From: an uncultured Lachnospiraceae bacterium
Lineage (GTDB): Bacteria > Bacillota > Clostridia > Lachnospirales > Lachnospiraceae
NCBI GenBank assembly: GCA_902780465.1
Contig: CACZFV010000011.1
Span: 1-48,160 of the forward strand
Direction: 5' to 3'
DNA length: 48,160 nt
In this document: one piece after another, positions 1 through 9,431 of the stretch
How the letters are laid out: every line of letters begins with the position of its first letter
Position numbering within the stretch: the stretch's first letter is position 1
Position numbers and translations under genes: made by a program
The notes under the pieces: generated by a model
Told to the model about the DNA's origin: nothing
The model's input: only the letters and a program-made list of their open reading frames with translations
Database searches by the model: none

Positions 1-2
1 CA

Positions 3-398
3 GCCGGTGAGAAAGTCATGGGCTGAACGCTGTATGTCCCCGGGAAGGGCGATGCCTTCGCTCCGCCTGAGGGGAAGAAGCAGCACTTCACCGATGATCA
101 TCAGCCCCGCGCAGTACATCCCTGTGACGACCAGCGGCAGAAAAATGCGGTGGGCCCAGAGAAAACCGCAGACGAGCAGGGCTTCCGCCACTGCCCGGGG
201 CCGCCGGTCCCTGATCTTTTTCTCCGCGAGGAACAGCAGTGCGGCCATCAGCAGAAGTTCCGCGTACATGGCGGGCGTCCGCCAGTCCGAAAGCTGTTCG
301 GGAAGGAAGCCGGACCGCCAGAGCAACAGAAGCGAAGGGGCTGTCAGCCCCAGCGCAATGCCGAAGACCGGGTCCGGTCTACTGTTGGTATGCGTCAT
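3..398 (-). CDS. Membrane protein, N-terminal part; runs off the window
   Basis: Manual translation from ATG 398 (MTHTNSRPDPVFGIALGLTAPSLLLLW...) is open to the window edge with several hydrophobic segments; overlaps the end of the glycosyltransferase. Confidence 0.7.
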   Translation of the reverse strand, partial: MTHTNSRPDPVFGIALGLTAPSLLLLWRSGFLPEQLSDWRTPAMYAELLLMAALLFLAEKKIRDRRPRAVAEALLVCGFLWAHRIFLPLVVTGMYCAGLMIIGEVLLLPLRRSEGIALPGDIQRSAHDFLTG

Positions 399-1287
399 AG
401 GATCTCCTGTAAAATTTCAGTATCAGATCGGCGGCTTTCCGCGGCCAGAGCTTCCGGAACATCTCTTCCTCTTCTCTTTCCCGGGCGTGGTCCCTGATGC
501 ACTCGGCAGTCGCCGCCCCATCGTGCACTCGGTAAAACATGCGCGGCGTTTCGTCGCAGATCCATCTGCCGTGGACAGCGGCAAGATCGAACAGAAACTC
601 CCAGTCCAGAATGAATTTCCTGGTCTCACTGAACGGTCCGGCGGTGCCGGGGGTGCTGCTGCAGGTGCTGCCGGATTTGCCGCCGGTGTCACCGCTCTCC
701 ATCATGGCTTTGACTGCGCTCTTCCTGTATGCGACGGAAGGGCAGATCACCGGATTGCCGAACCGCAGCACGAGGCGCTTTACCCATGTGAGATGGGAAA
801 GGCTCCGGAACCGGAGCGGAGCGCGGAGGATCGCCTTTACGATCTCCGGAAGGCCCGGAAATCTTTCCGGTCTTCCGTTTTTCACGGTCACAGCCGAGCA
901 GGTGAAGAGGTCCATGTCAGGCCAGCGTTCCGCCTCCCGGAGGACCGCTTCGGTGTAATGCTTTTCGTACATGTCGTCCTGGTGCGCCAGAGTCACGTAT
1001 TCTCCTCCTGCCGAGCGGAAGGCATAGTTCCAGTCAGCGCCGATGCCCCGGGCGCCTCCCTCCCGCTGAACATCCCGAACCATCAGCAGGATCCCGTATT
1101 TTGCCGCCAGTCCTTCGATGTGCCTGTTCGGCGTGGACGTGCAGATCAGGATCTCCGAAGGCACTGTCTGCGCCTTCAGCGACCGGAGGCAGGCTTCCAG
1201 GTAGGGCGATTCCCCGTAGGCACAGACCGCGAAGCTGTGAATGGCGCGCAGGTCCCGGGGGCGGGACCTGAATTCTTTTTCAGGCAT
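379..1287 (-). CDS. Glycosyltransferase family 2
   Basis: HSFAVCAY...YLEACLRSL, ADWNYA and VTLAHQDD motifs; start moved to ATG 1287 after a purine-rich RBS (AGAGGAAGGA). Confidence 0.9.
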   Translation of the reverse strand: MPEKEFRSRPRDLRAIHSFAVCAYGESPYLEACLRSLKAQTVPSEILICTSTPNRHIEGLAAKYGILLMVRDVQREGGARGIGADWNYAFRSAGGEYVTLAHQDDMYEKHYTEAVLREAERWPDMDLFTCSAVTVKNGRPERFPGLPEIVKAILRAPLRFRSLSHLTWVKRLVLRFGNPVICPSVAYRKSAVKAMMESGDTGGKSGSTCSSTPGTAGPFSETRKFILDWEFLFDLAAVHGRWICDETPRMFYRVHDGAATAECIRDHAREREEEEMFRKLWPRKAADLILKFYRRSYDAYQQ

Positions 1288-1313
1288 TTTCCTTCCTCTT
1301 CTCTTCTTCCGTG

Positions 1314-1979
1314 TCACACCGGGAAGAAATGTTCTTCGATCTGCAGGCACAGTGCGTGGTACACCGGCAGGTGCAGTTCCTGGATCTGATAGGTCTCCTT
1401 CCGGGGGACGATGATGGAGCAGTCGGCGATTTTCGCGATCTCTCCGCCGCCGCGGCCTGTCAGCGCGATCACCTTCATGCCCCTCGCGTGGGCAGCATCC
1501 ACCGCGTAAAGAAGATTCGCGGAGTTGCCGGAGGTGGTGACCGCAAACAGCACGTCTCCGGGCTTTCCGTATCCATAGACCTGCTGCGCATAGCCTGTCA
1601 GCCAGTTTTTATCGTTCGCGTAAGCCGTGGTCAGTCCCACATGGGCCGACACAACGATGACGGGCAGCGCCTGCTCCAGTTCTTCCGCGAGGCGCGCGCC
1701 GCGCTCGGGATTCAGCTCCCGCAGCACCGCTGCCTCCTCCGGAGAGATGCGGCGCTTCTTCGCAAAGCTCTTCATCAGCTCCCCCGCGAAATGCTCGCAG
1801 TCCGCGGCGCTGCCGCCGTTTCCGCCCGCCAGCACCTTGCCGCCGTTCTCGAAACAGCTGATCAGCATTTCCAGCGCCTTCCGGATCTCCGTTTCCACGG
1901 AAGAGAGCTCCGGATACCGTTCTGTCAGGATCCTGATGTAATCCTGGGGTTCCATTTTAAAATCGTCTCTGTTCGCCAT
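1314..1979 (-). CDS. gmhA: Phosphoheptose isomerase (SIS domain)
   Basis: GNGGSAADCEHFAGEL, TAYAND, TTSGNS and IQELH motifs. Confidence 0.85.
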   Translation of the reverse strand: MANRDDFKMEPQDYIRILTERYPELSSVETEIRKALEMLISCFENGGKVLAGGNGGSAADCEHFAGELMKSFAKKRRISPEEAAVLRELNPERGARLAEELEQALPVIVVSAHVGLTTAYANDKNWLTGYAQQVYGYGKPGDVLFAVTTSGNSANLLYAVDAAHARGMKVIALTGRGGGEIAKIADCSIIVPRKETYQIQELHLPVYHALCLQIEEHFFPV

Positions 1980-2018
1980 TTTTTCTCCCTTTTTATGATG
2001 CGCACGATGTGCCGGCAG

Positions 2019-2270
2019 TCACCGAAGATCACCGCTTCTGTTCGCAGCTTCCATGAACTCTTCCTTCGTCATCTCCGCCGTCCCGCCGCACCCGGGGCAC
2101 CTGCTGAAATAGCGCACCCTGATGGGGATCGGCAGGATCAGGAGGATCAGCCAGGTGGTCGCCTTGATGAGGTGCCAGTCCCCCACATGCCCGCACCGGG
2201 TGCAGGTGTGGTAGCCTTCGATGCCGAAATCCTTTTCCGAGGTATGCATTCCGATAAAGAAAAACATCAT
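2019..2270 (-). CDS. Small zinc-ribbon protein with hydrophobic segment
   Basis: Two CxxC pairs (CTRC, CPGC) flanking WLILLILPIPI; AGGAGGAG RBS. Confidence 0.75.
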   Translation of the reverse strand: MMFFFIGMHTSEKDFGIEGYHTCTRCGHVGDWHLIKATTWLILLILPIPIRVRYFSRCPGCGGTAEMTKEEFMEAANRSGDLR

Positions 2271-2286
2271 ATCTCCTCCTGCTTCC

Positions 2287-3003
2287 TCATATTCCGCGGC
2301 AGTTCTTCACTACCATCTGCCGGTAGTCTTCCTCTGTATTGATATTGTTCAGCATTTCCGCAAAGGCGGCCTGCTCCCCTTCCAGACGGACCAGCACCGT
2401 CCCGGGGGAAGGTCCTCCGTCCTTCAGGCACAGCTTCCGCAGGCGGTAATCACCGCTTTTCAGCTGTGCCTCGACCTCCGGAAGAAGCGTCTTCCGCCAG
2501 AGAGCACAGGTCATATGCCATCTTCCGTCCGGCGTCACCGGGATCAGGAGCTGCGTCCCGGCAGGGGGCTCACCTTTTTCCGGGTCTGTTTCCGACGGGG
2601 GGATCTTAGACATCCCGGGGACCTCTGACAGGCCGGGAACCTTTGATATCAGAAGTTCCGCGAGCTCTCTCCGGTACAGAGGGGTGTCGCAGGAGATGAA
2701 CAGTGCCCACTCCGCGCGGCATGCGGAAAGCGCCGCGTGAATGCCGCCCAGGGGGCCGCAGTCCCGGTATCTGTCCCGGACCGCAGTCCAGCCGCCCGGA
2801 ATCCGGATCTCCGTTTTCTCCCCGATTCCCAGCGAAACATATTTTTCCTGAAAGCCGCAGGCGTCCAGCTCTGCGGCGATCCGCTGCAGAAAGGTCTTAT
2901 GCCCCAGCGTCAGGGATGCCTTGTCCCGTCCCATGCGGCTGCTTTTTCCGCCCGCCAGTATCACGGCGCAGACATCTTTATTCATCCCGGCATCTTTATT
3001 CAT
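2287..3003 (-). CDS. mobA: Molybdenum cofactor guanylyltransferase
   Basis: VILAGGKSSRMGRDKA, GPLGGI, SCDTP and NINT motifs. Confidence 0.92.
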   Translation of the reverse strand: MNKDAGMNKDVCAVILAGGKSSRMGRDKASLTLGHKTFLQRIAAELDACGFQEKYVSLGIGEKTEIRIPGGWTAVRDRYRDCGPLGGIHAALSACRAEWALFISCDTPLYRRELAELLISKVPGLSEVPGMSKIPPSETDPEKGEPPAGTQLLIPVTPDGRWHMTCALWRKTLLPEVEAQLKSGDYRLRKLCLKDGGPSPGTVLVRLEGEQAAFAEMLNNINTEEDYRQMVVKNCRGI

Positions 3004-3598
3004 CCTGGTTCTCCCCGGCCAGCCTTTTGTCAGCGCCGCCGGTCCTCCCTGGCTTTGCGTCAGCGCCGCCCGGCTCCAGCACAGCCCCGAGGATCCGCTC
3101 CATCTCTTCGAACCCCGCCGCCGGCTCCTGAAAGCTTTCCTTCGGGAGATCCGTTACGATCAGCACCCTGCCCTCCGGTTCCGAAACGGGTGCCGTGCCG
3201 ACACCTCGCCGCACCACTTCGATCTTCCTGACCGGGCTGCTCTTCATGCCTTCAATGATCACCACGTCCGCATCCGGGAAATACGGAAGGAGACGCATTC
3301 CAAAAGCGCCGGCCGCTCCGGGGCTCCCGGGGTCCCACTGTTCTGTTCCGGAGATCCTTTTCCTCACAAACATCTGCGACGAGGAATAGACCGCGGCGCC
3401 GGCGGCCCCCGCCTCCATAAAGCGGTCGCTGTCCGTGCCGGGAATGTCGCAGGTGAAATCGTGGCCGTCGTGCTTGATCACCGCTGTCTTCAGCCCACGC
3501 TCCGAAAGTTCCCGGATCATCCGCTCGATGAGCGTCGTCTTCCCGGAATTCTTCCGTCCGCAGACCGCGATCACATACTGTTTCCGTCCGGATGCCAT
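2996..3598 (-). CDS. mobB: Molybdopterin-guanine dinucleotide biosynthesis protein B
   Basis: GRKNSGKTT P-loop, VIKHDGH, PGTDS, IIEGMK; ATG 3598 with GAGG RBS. Confidence 0.9.
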   Translation of the reverse strand: MASGRKQYVIAVCGRKNSGKTTLIERMIRELSERGLKTAVIKHDGHDFTCDIPGTDSDRFMEAGAAGAAVYSSSQMFVRKRISGTEQWDPGSPGAAGAFGMRLLPYFPDADVVIIEGMKSSPVRKIEVVRRGVGTAPVSEPEGRVLIVTDLPKESFQEPAAGFEEMERILGAVLEPGGADAKPGRTGGADKRLAGENQDE

Positions 3599-3606
3599 GA
3601 CAGTCC

Positions 3607-4356
3607 TCACTGCACCTGAATAATGTTCTTCTGCTTTTTCCACTCGCCGTCGGGCGCTGCAGTGGTAATGACCTTCGCGTCCTTGAAGTCCGCGAACCGC
3701 ACATTGGATTCCACGCCGAACTTGCTCTCATCCGCCAGGATATAGCTCCGCCGGCAGGCATAGAGCGCTTTTGTCTTGATCGCGGCTTCCTTCGGATCCG
3801 GCGTGGAGAACCCGTTCTCCAGACTGATGCCGTTGGTGCCGAAGAATCCCTTGGTAAAGCGGAATTTTTCCAGGTATTCCAGTGCTTCTTCCCCAACGGC
3901 GGTCTCCGTCACGCTTTTCACCTCACCCCCGAGAAGGATGACCCGCACATCCAGAGCCGCCAGCCTCAGGGCATGGCTCACCGCGTGAGTCACGAACACT
4001 GCCTGACGGGCGGTAATGTAATCGATCATCATCTCCGTCGTAGTCCCGGCATCCAGAAACACGAAATCCTCCGGGCCGATCAGAGAAGCCGCGTATCTCG
4101 CGATCTTCTCCTTTTCCTCCGCGTACATCGCCTTCCGGTTCACGATCTTCTCATCCCGCACCATCAGCTCCGGCCGCTTCAAAGAGATCGCGCCGCCGTA
4201 CACCTTTGTCAGGAGACCTTTTTTGTGCATGGCGGTCAGGTCCCTCCGGATCGTGGACTCCGAAGTTTCCAGACGGCGCACCAGGTCCGTGACAGTAACA
4301 CTTCCCTCTGCGTCAACCACTGCGAGTATTCTTGAAAAACGATCTTCTGTCAGCAT
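3607..4356 (-). CDS. DeoR/GlpR-family regulator (FruR-like)
   Basis: SESTIRRDL HTH, FLDAGTTT and LADESKFG motifs. Confidence 0.92.
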   Translation of the reverse strand: MLTEDRFSRILAVVDAEGSVTVTDLVRRLETSESTIRRDLTAMHKKGLLTKVYGGAISLKRPELMVRDEKIVNRKAMYAEEKEKIARYAASLIGPEDFVFLDAGTTTEMMIDYITARQAVFVTHAVSHALRLAALDVRVILLGGEVKSVTETAVGEEALEYLEKFRFTKGFFGTNGISLENGFSTPDPKEAAIKTKALYACRRSYILADESKFGVESNVRFADFKDAKVITTAAPDGEWKKQKNIIQVQ

Positions 4357-4432
4357 ACCTTTACCTCATATCAAATGTTCTGAACGATTCTGCATTGTTA
4401 TGTCCGACTTTGACTGTTGTTAATTCAGTCTT

Positions 4433-4461
4433 ATTATACTCTCCCCTTCAGCAGTTTCCAA
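4433..4461 (-). promoter_or_regulatory. Sigma70/A promoter of the DeoR gene
   Basis: TTGGAA-17 bp-TATAAT on the minus strand. Confidence 0.6.
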
Positions 4462-4557
4462 CCCCGACCACAGCCTCTTCCCGCCGGTCTGGTTTCCCAG
4501 TCCAGTTCATCGGTGCTGACGCTGAAAGGCCTGAAGATCAAAGTCCTGGAAGCTTCC

Positions 4558-4832
4558 GGGCGTTTTTCGCGATTTTTTCAGGATCTGTTCCCCTTTGAAG
4601 CCTATTCTGACCTGAATTTTTGCCTCCTGCAGAAGCGTTCTGGGCGTTTTTCGGCGGTTATCAGAATTTTGTTCCCTTTTCATGCAAAAAAGGAAGCGAA
4701 AAACCTTGAAAAAGGGAACAGATTTCTAAAAAATGCCGGAAAACGCCCAAAATGGCTCTGCGAGCCCTCCGAATTTTCCTGAATCCGCGCCTGCCAGGGG
4801 AACAGAATTCTCAAAAACGCTCTAAAACGCCC
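4558..4832. repeat. Four-unit palindromic element (GGGCG...TGTTCCC twice, then inverted twice), copy 1
   Basis: 35-bp units at 4558 and 4642 (direct) and 4714 and 4798 (inverted); 84-bp spacing within each pair. Confidence 0.85.
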
Positions 4833-4854
4833 AACCGCGACTTGGATGGTCATG

Positions 4855-4905
4855 TTTGCAGACCACATTTGCAGACCACATTCACAGACCACATTTGCGG
4901 ACACA
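4855..4905. repeat. 13-bp tandem repeat, about 4 copies
   Basis: TTTGCAGACCACA twice, then TTCACAGACCACA and TTTGCGGACACA. Confidence 0.85.
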
Positions 4906-4926
4906 TAATAAACAGCCTGAAACTGG

Positions 4927-4971
4927 CAGAGGACCCCGCACAGACTTGGAAAAGCCGTGCAGGGTCCTCTG
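4927..4971 (-). terminator. Hairpin downstream of the dehydrogenase gene
   Basis: CAGAGGACCC...GGGTCCTCTG stem with an inner GCAC/GTGC pairing. Confidence 0.55.
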
Positions 4972-4989
4972 AGAAAGGGGTTATTCTAT

Positions 4990-6270
4990 TTACCAGTTCA
5001 GTTCGTCGGTGTTGACGCCGAAGTGTTCGAAGATCATCTTCTCAGCTTCCGGATTCCACAGGCCTCTGTGGGCTTTGCAGCACTCGTCCAGCTTCTTGAA
5101 GAAGGGATCGGTCTCGCCAAGCTTTCCGAAATCCTCGATGGCGGTCATGGGCATATCGAACTGGGTGTAGGCCAGCTTCTTGCCGCCGGGCATGTGGGGC
5201 AGGTTGCAGGTAGCATCCGCCACGCTGTCCAGTCCGCCGACGTGCGTGACCATGATAGCCGGGTCGATGATGCCTCTTGCGGCGAGATCGTTCGCCTCGA
5301 TCAGGTCGTCGTTGTTTCCGCCGGTGGTGCCCATGATGTGGGTGGCGTTGTAGTGGCAGTCATAGAGGTTCACCTTTGCGCTGAACTCCTTGTCGCTGGG
5401 ACCGGAGAAGAAGCTCATGCAGCCGTCATAGGCGAGGACCTGGTTGCCCAGCTCCGCCACTGCCGGGATCGGCACGTAGATCAGGACATCGTCGTAGCCG
5501 TGGCCGTCAGTCAGGTCCATAAGGCCCTTCCGGGGATCTTCCATCTTCGCGGTGTTCGCGTAGACGAGCTCCACACCGTGCTCCTTCGCCCACTCGACAG
5601 AAATGACTTCATTGGCGCGGGCGATCTTCTTTTCGTCCACGTCCGTCACCACGACGCGCTTCGGCTCGTACTTGCAGACGCAGGCATATGCCACAGCGCC
5701 GAGGCCCATGGGGCCGCATCCGCCCATGATGATCAGGTTTCCGCCCTTCTTCAGGCCCATCTCATGATGGTACACGCCCTGCTTCGTGTGGTACTGGGCG
5801 TGCATGGCGCCGATGGAGCAGCTCAGGGGCTCTCCAAGGGATGCCTTGTAGAAGCTGTCGCCGTCAAAGGGCATCAGCGCGCCAAGCTCCATGACTTCGT
5901 GAGGGAAGATGCAGTAGGTCACGTCCCCGCCGAACCAGCGGTAGGAATAACCGGGAGACGCCATGCTGCCCTTGTAGTTCAGAGCAGGCTGCTGCGCGAA
6001 GCGCATGCCCGGCTTGAACTGATCCTGCCACTTCTTGCCCACCTTGATGATGGTTCCCGCGAACTCGTGGCCCACGATGACCGGGTTCACGTCGATATCC
6101 TGCGGCGCCCTCTTGTGCTTCTTGCCCTGGACTGCCAGCTTGTAAGTGGACATGCAAAGGCTGTCGCTGTAGATCTTCGCAAGGATCTCATCATCTCCGA
6201 TCTCCGGCAGCTCAAACTCTTCCAGGCGAAGATCCATTTCGCCGTACATTCTGACTCCTCTTACTTTCAT
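4990..6270 (-). CDS. Zn-dependent MDR dehydrogenase, L-sorbose-1-phosphate reductase (SorE)/YggP-like
   Basis: SDSLCMSTYK, GHEFAG, QQPAL, SLGEPLSC, GGCGPMG, THVGGLD and PGGKKLAY are characteristic of the SorE subfamily. Confidence 0.85.
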   Translation of the reverse strand: MKVRGVRMYGEMDLRLEEFELPEIGDDEILAKIYSDSLCMSTYKLAVQGKKHKRAPQDIDVNPVIVGHEFAGTIIKVGKKWQDQFKPGMRFAQQPALNYKGSMASPGYSYRWFGGDVTYCIFPHEVMELGALMPFDGDSFYKASLGEPLSCSIGAMHAQYHTKQGVYHHEMGLKKGGNLIIMGGCGPMGLGAVAYACVCKYEPKRVVVTDVDEKKIARANEVISVEWAKEHGVELVYANTAKMEDPRKGLMDLTDGHGYDDVLIYVPIPAVAELGNQVLAYDGCMSFFSGPSDKEFSAKVNLYDCHYNATHIMGTTGGNNDDLIEANDLAARGIIDPAIMVTHVGGLDSVADATCNLPHMPGGKKLAYTQFDMPMTAIEDFGKLGETDPFFKKLDECCKAHRGLWNPEAEKMIFEHFGVNTDELNW

Positions 6271-6421
6271 CTCTTCTCCTCTCTTATGCTGATCTCTTCT
6301 TAGGAAGTAAGTCCCCCCGGACGAGGGCCGCTGTGCAGCCCTCGTAATTGGTGTCCACAGGCGCTGCGCGCCTCGTCCACCCCGGAATCAGGAGCAAAAT
6401 CGGGGTACTTAATGATTCAAA

Positions 6422-8266
6422 TTACTGCCTCTTGAACATATCATAAATCTCATCGACGCTCTTCGCAACGATCTCATCGACCGCTTCTTCACTGTCGCAG
6501 GCATCGGCGATCTTGGTCAGCACGTCCATGTGCTCCTCGCCGATGGCCGCGATGCCGATGACCAGCTTCACGGTCTCGCCGCCCCAGTCGATGCCCTCCG
6601 GGAAGGTCATGATCACAAGGCCGGAGTTCTTGATCTCGCCGCGCATGCTCTCAATGCCGTGGGGGATCGCCAGGCCGTTGCCGATGGCGGTGTTGAACAC
6701 CGGCTCCTTGTCCAGCATTGCCTGCGTGTACTTCTCGGTGGTGTAGCCGCCCTCATGGAAGATCTTTCCGATCTCGCGGATGATGTCTTCCTTCGCTGCG
6801 GGTGCATGGTTGATCAGGATGTTCTTCTTCAGGAGAAGTCCGGAGCGGTAGGTATCGCCGGTCTCCTTCTCGGAGTGCTTGTTGGTCCTTGCGTCTGTGA
6901 TCTCGTTCACCAGAGCGTCATACTCCGGTGCGTTCATGAAGTTCGTGATGGTGATGACTCTTGCTCCCGGAGCGCTGGCCATGGCACGGGCCGCGAGATC
7001 CTGGTGGCAGATGACCAGCTTCGCGTCCTTCGGAACTTCAGAAACGGAAGCATGGCTCACTTTGATGTTCTCGAATCCTGCCGCTGCCAGCTTTCTCTGG
7101 ACAACAGCCGCGCCCATGGCGCTGGAGCCCATGCCTGCATCGCAGGCGAAGACGATGCGGTCGATGGTCCTGAGGTCAACGGGGGCACCTGCGGCCTGTC
7201 CCTTGGACTGGGCCTTCATATCCTTCATCTGGGACTGTGCGTCCTCAAGATTTGCCTTGCTGCCGGACATGCGGACGATCGGAGCTGCGATGATGAAGGA
7301 GACGACTGCTGCGATCACGACGCTGATCAGGACGGAGATGGTGGATCCCTTCGGAGCCATGCCGACGTAGGCGATGACGGAACCGGGGGACGGCGGGCTG
7401 GTAAGGCCCAGGTTGAAGATCATGTTGTAGAACATCGCCGCGACGCTGCCGCCGATGGTCGCCAGAAGAAGCAGCGGGTTCATCAGGATGTAGGGGAAGT
7501 AGATCTCGTGGATACCGCCGAGCAGGTGGACGATCAGCGCACCGGGAGCGGAATCCTTGGTGACCTTATCCCGGGCGAACATCCAGTAGGCCAGCAGGAC
7601 GCCGGTACCTGCGCCGGGGTTGGTCTCGATCATGTAGAAGATGGATTTTCCGGTCTCCTTCACGTTCTCGATGCCGAGGGGAGTGAAGATACCGTGGTTG
7701 ATGGCGTTGTTCAGGAACAGGACCTTCGCCGGCTCCACGAAGATGGAGATCAGCGGAAGGAGGTTGTTGTTCACCAGCACCTGGACGCCGCCGCTCAGGA
7801 TGACCAGCACTGCCGCCATGAACGGTCCGACGACATAGAAGCCGATGATCATCAGGATGAGGCCGATGATGCCGATGGAGAAGTTGTTGACAAGCATCTC
7901 AAAGCCGGGCTTGATCTTGCCTTCCATGGCTTTGTCAAACTGCTTGATGACCCAGCCTGCGAACGGGCCCATGACCATGGCGCCCATCAGCATGGTGTAC
8001 TCGGTGCCGCAGATCACACCGACGGTGGCTATGACGCCGATGACAGCGCCTCTGTCTCCGCCGACCATCTTACCGCCCTGGTAAGCGATCAGGATCGGAA
8101 GAACGTAGGTAAGCATCGGGCCGACCATGCCGCTCAGCTGCTCATTCGGGAGCCAGCCGGTGGCGATGAACAATGCGGTGAGAAGTCCCCACGCGATGAA
8201 TGCGCCGATGTTCGGCATGACCATTCCGCTTAAGAAACGGCCGAAGGACTGCACTTTCTGTTTCAT
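6422..8266 (-). CDS. mtlA: PTS mannitol-family EIICBA
   Basis: FGRFLSGMVMPNIGAF and GGIHEIYFPY (EIIC); FACDAGMGSSAMG (EIIB Cys); GNGLAIPHG (EIIA His). Confidence 0.93.
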   Translation of the reverse strand: MKQKVQSFGRFLSGMVMPNIGAFIAWGLLTALFIATGWLPNEQLSGMVGPMLTYVLPILIAYQGGKMVGGDRGAVIGVIATVGVICGTEYTMLMGAMVMGPFAGWVIKQFDKAMEGKIKPGFEMLVNNFSIGIIGLILMIIGFYVVGPFMAAVLVILSGGVQVLVNNNLLPLISIFVEPAKVLFLNNAINHGIFTPLGIENVKETGKSIFYMIETNPGAGTGVLLAYWMFARDKVTKDSAPGALIVHLLGGIHEIYFPYILMNPLLLLATIGGSVAAMFYNMIFNLGLTSPPSPGSVIAYVGMAPKGSTISVLISVVIAAVVSFIIAAPIVRMSGSKANLEDAQSQMKDMKAQSKGQAAGAPVDLRTIDRIVFACDAGMGSSAMGAAVVQRKLAAAGFENIKVSHASVSEVPKDAKLVICHQDLAARAMASAPGARVITITNFMNAPEYDALVNEITDARTNKHSEKETGDTYRSGLLLKKNILINHAPAAKEDIIREIGKIFHEGGYTTEKYTQAMLDKEPVFNTAIGNGLAIPHGIESMRGEIKNSGLVIMTFPEGIDWGGETVKLVIGIAAIGEEHMDVLTKIADACDSEEAVDEIVAKSVDEIYDMFKRQ

Positions 8267-8303
8267 AAATCTCCCCTCTCCGGAATTGATTCCTCTGTTT
8301 TTA

Positions 8304-8347
8304 CTGTTTCATGGTCTTTTTCTGTTTCACGGTCTTTTTCTGTTTCA
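8304..8347. repeat. 18-bp tandem repeat, 2.5 copies, between pfkB and mtlA
   Basis: CTGTTTCAYGGTCTTTTT repeated. Confidence 0.8.
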
Positions 8348-8378
8348 GCGCTCTTGTACTGCCTCAGCGGTCTTTCTG

Positions 8379-9284
8379 TCATCTGTACTGCTTCAGCAGG
8401 GCGATGACTTCTTCCCTGGTCGCCAGCTCGTCAGAAAAAGCGCTGGCGCTGCCGGTGCAGAGTCCCATGCGGAACGCCTGTCCGCAGTCTCCGCTTGTAA
8501 GGTATCCCGCGATGAATCCCGCCACCATGGAGTCCCCAGCTCCGACGGAATTCTTCAGCGTTCCCCTGGGCGCTTCCGCCCGGTGTTCCTGGTCGTTTTC
8601 ATCCACAAGCACCGCACCGTCGCCGGCCATGGAGACCAGGACGTTTTCAGCGCCAAGTTCCTTCATCTTTCTTGCGTACTTCACCACGTCGTCCTTGGTC
8701 TTGATCTCCACTCCGAAGATCTCGCTCAGTTCGTGGTTGTTCGGCTTGATCAGGAACGGATGATAAGGCAGGACCTTCATCAGGAGATCCCTCGTGGCAT
8801 CCACCGCGATCCGGATCCCTCTGCCCTTCAGGTACTCCATGATGTCCATGTACATGGTCTCCGGCATCACGGAAGGAATGCTGCCGGACAGCGCCAGGAT
8901 ATCGCCCGCTTTCAGGCGGTCCAGCTGCCGGTACAGCGTGTCGATGTCCTTCTGCTCGATGGCGGGTCCCATTCCGTTGATCTCTGTCTCCTCATCGGAG
9001 CGGAGCTTCACGTTGATCCTGGACATGCCCTTTTCCACCCGAACAAAGTCATTCCTCACGCCCTTTTCATCCAGAAGGCGCTGGATCTCGTTTCCGGTAA
9101 ATCCCGCCGTGAAGCCCAGGGCGATGTTGTCAAATCCCAGGTTCTTCAGGACGATGGAAACGTTGATTCCCTTTCCTCCCGGGAACAGGAGCTCCTTCGT
9201 TGTCCGGTTGATCCCTCCTGTGCGGAAATGATCCACCGACGCGATGTAGTCCAGCGAAGGATTGAAGGTTACTGTGTAGATCAC
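8379..9284 (-). CDS. pfkB: 1-phosphofructokinase (FruK/PfkB family)
   Basis: IYTVTFNPSLDY, GGKGINVS, KPNNHEL and VGAGDSMVAGF motifs; GTG start. Confidence 0.92.
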   Translation of the reverse strand: MIYTVTFNPSLDYIASVDHFRTGGINRTTKELLFPGGKGINVSIVLKNLGFDNIALGFTAGFTGNEIQRLLDEKGVRNDFVRVEKGMSRINVKLRSDEETEINGMGPAIEQKDIDTLYRQLDRLKAGDILALSGSIPSVMPETMYMDIMEYLKGRGIRIAVDATRDLLMKVLPYHPFLIKPNNHELSEIFGVEIKTKDDVVKYARKMKELGAENVLVSMAGDGAVLVDENDQEHRAEAPRGTLKNSVGAGDSMVAGFIAGYLTSGDCGQAFRMGLCTGSASAFSDELATREEVIALLKQYR

Positions 9285-9431
9285 TTTTGTTTCCCCCTTT
9301 CCGGCTGCGGTGACGTCCCCGCTGCCCTGCTTTTATTCTGTCAGCTTTCTGTCCATAATTATGCCTGCATCATGTCGCATTTGCTCACAATCGCTCTGAC
9401 TCATCCAAAGTCAGTCATATCTTGTAACTTT

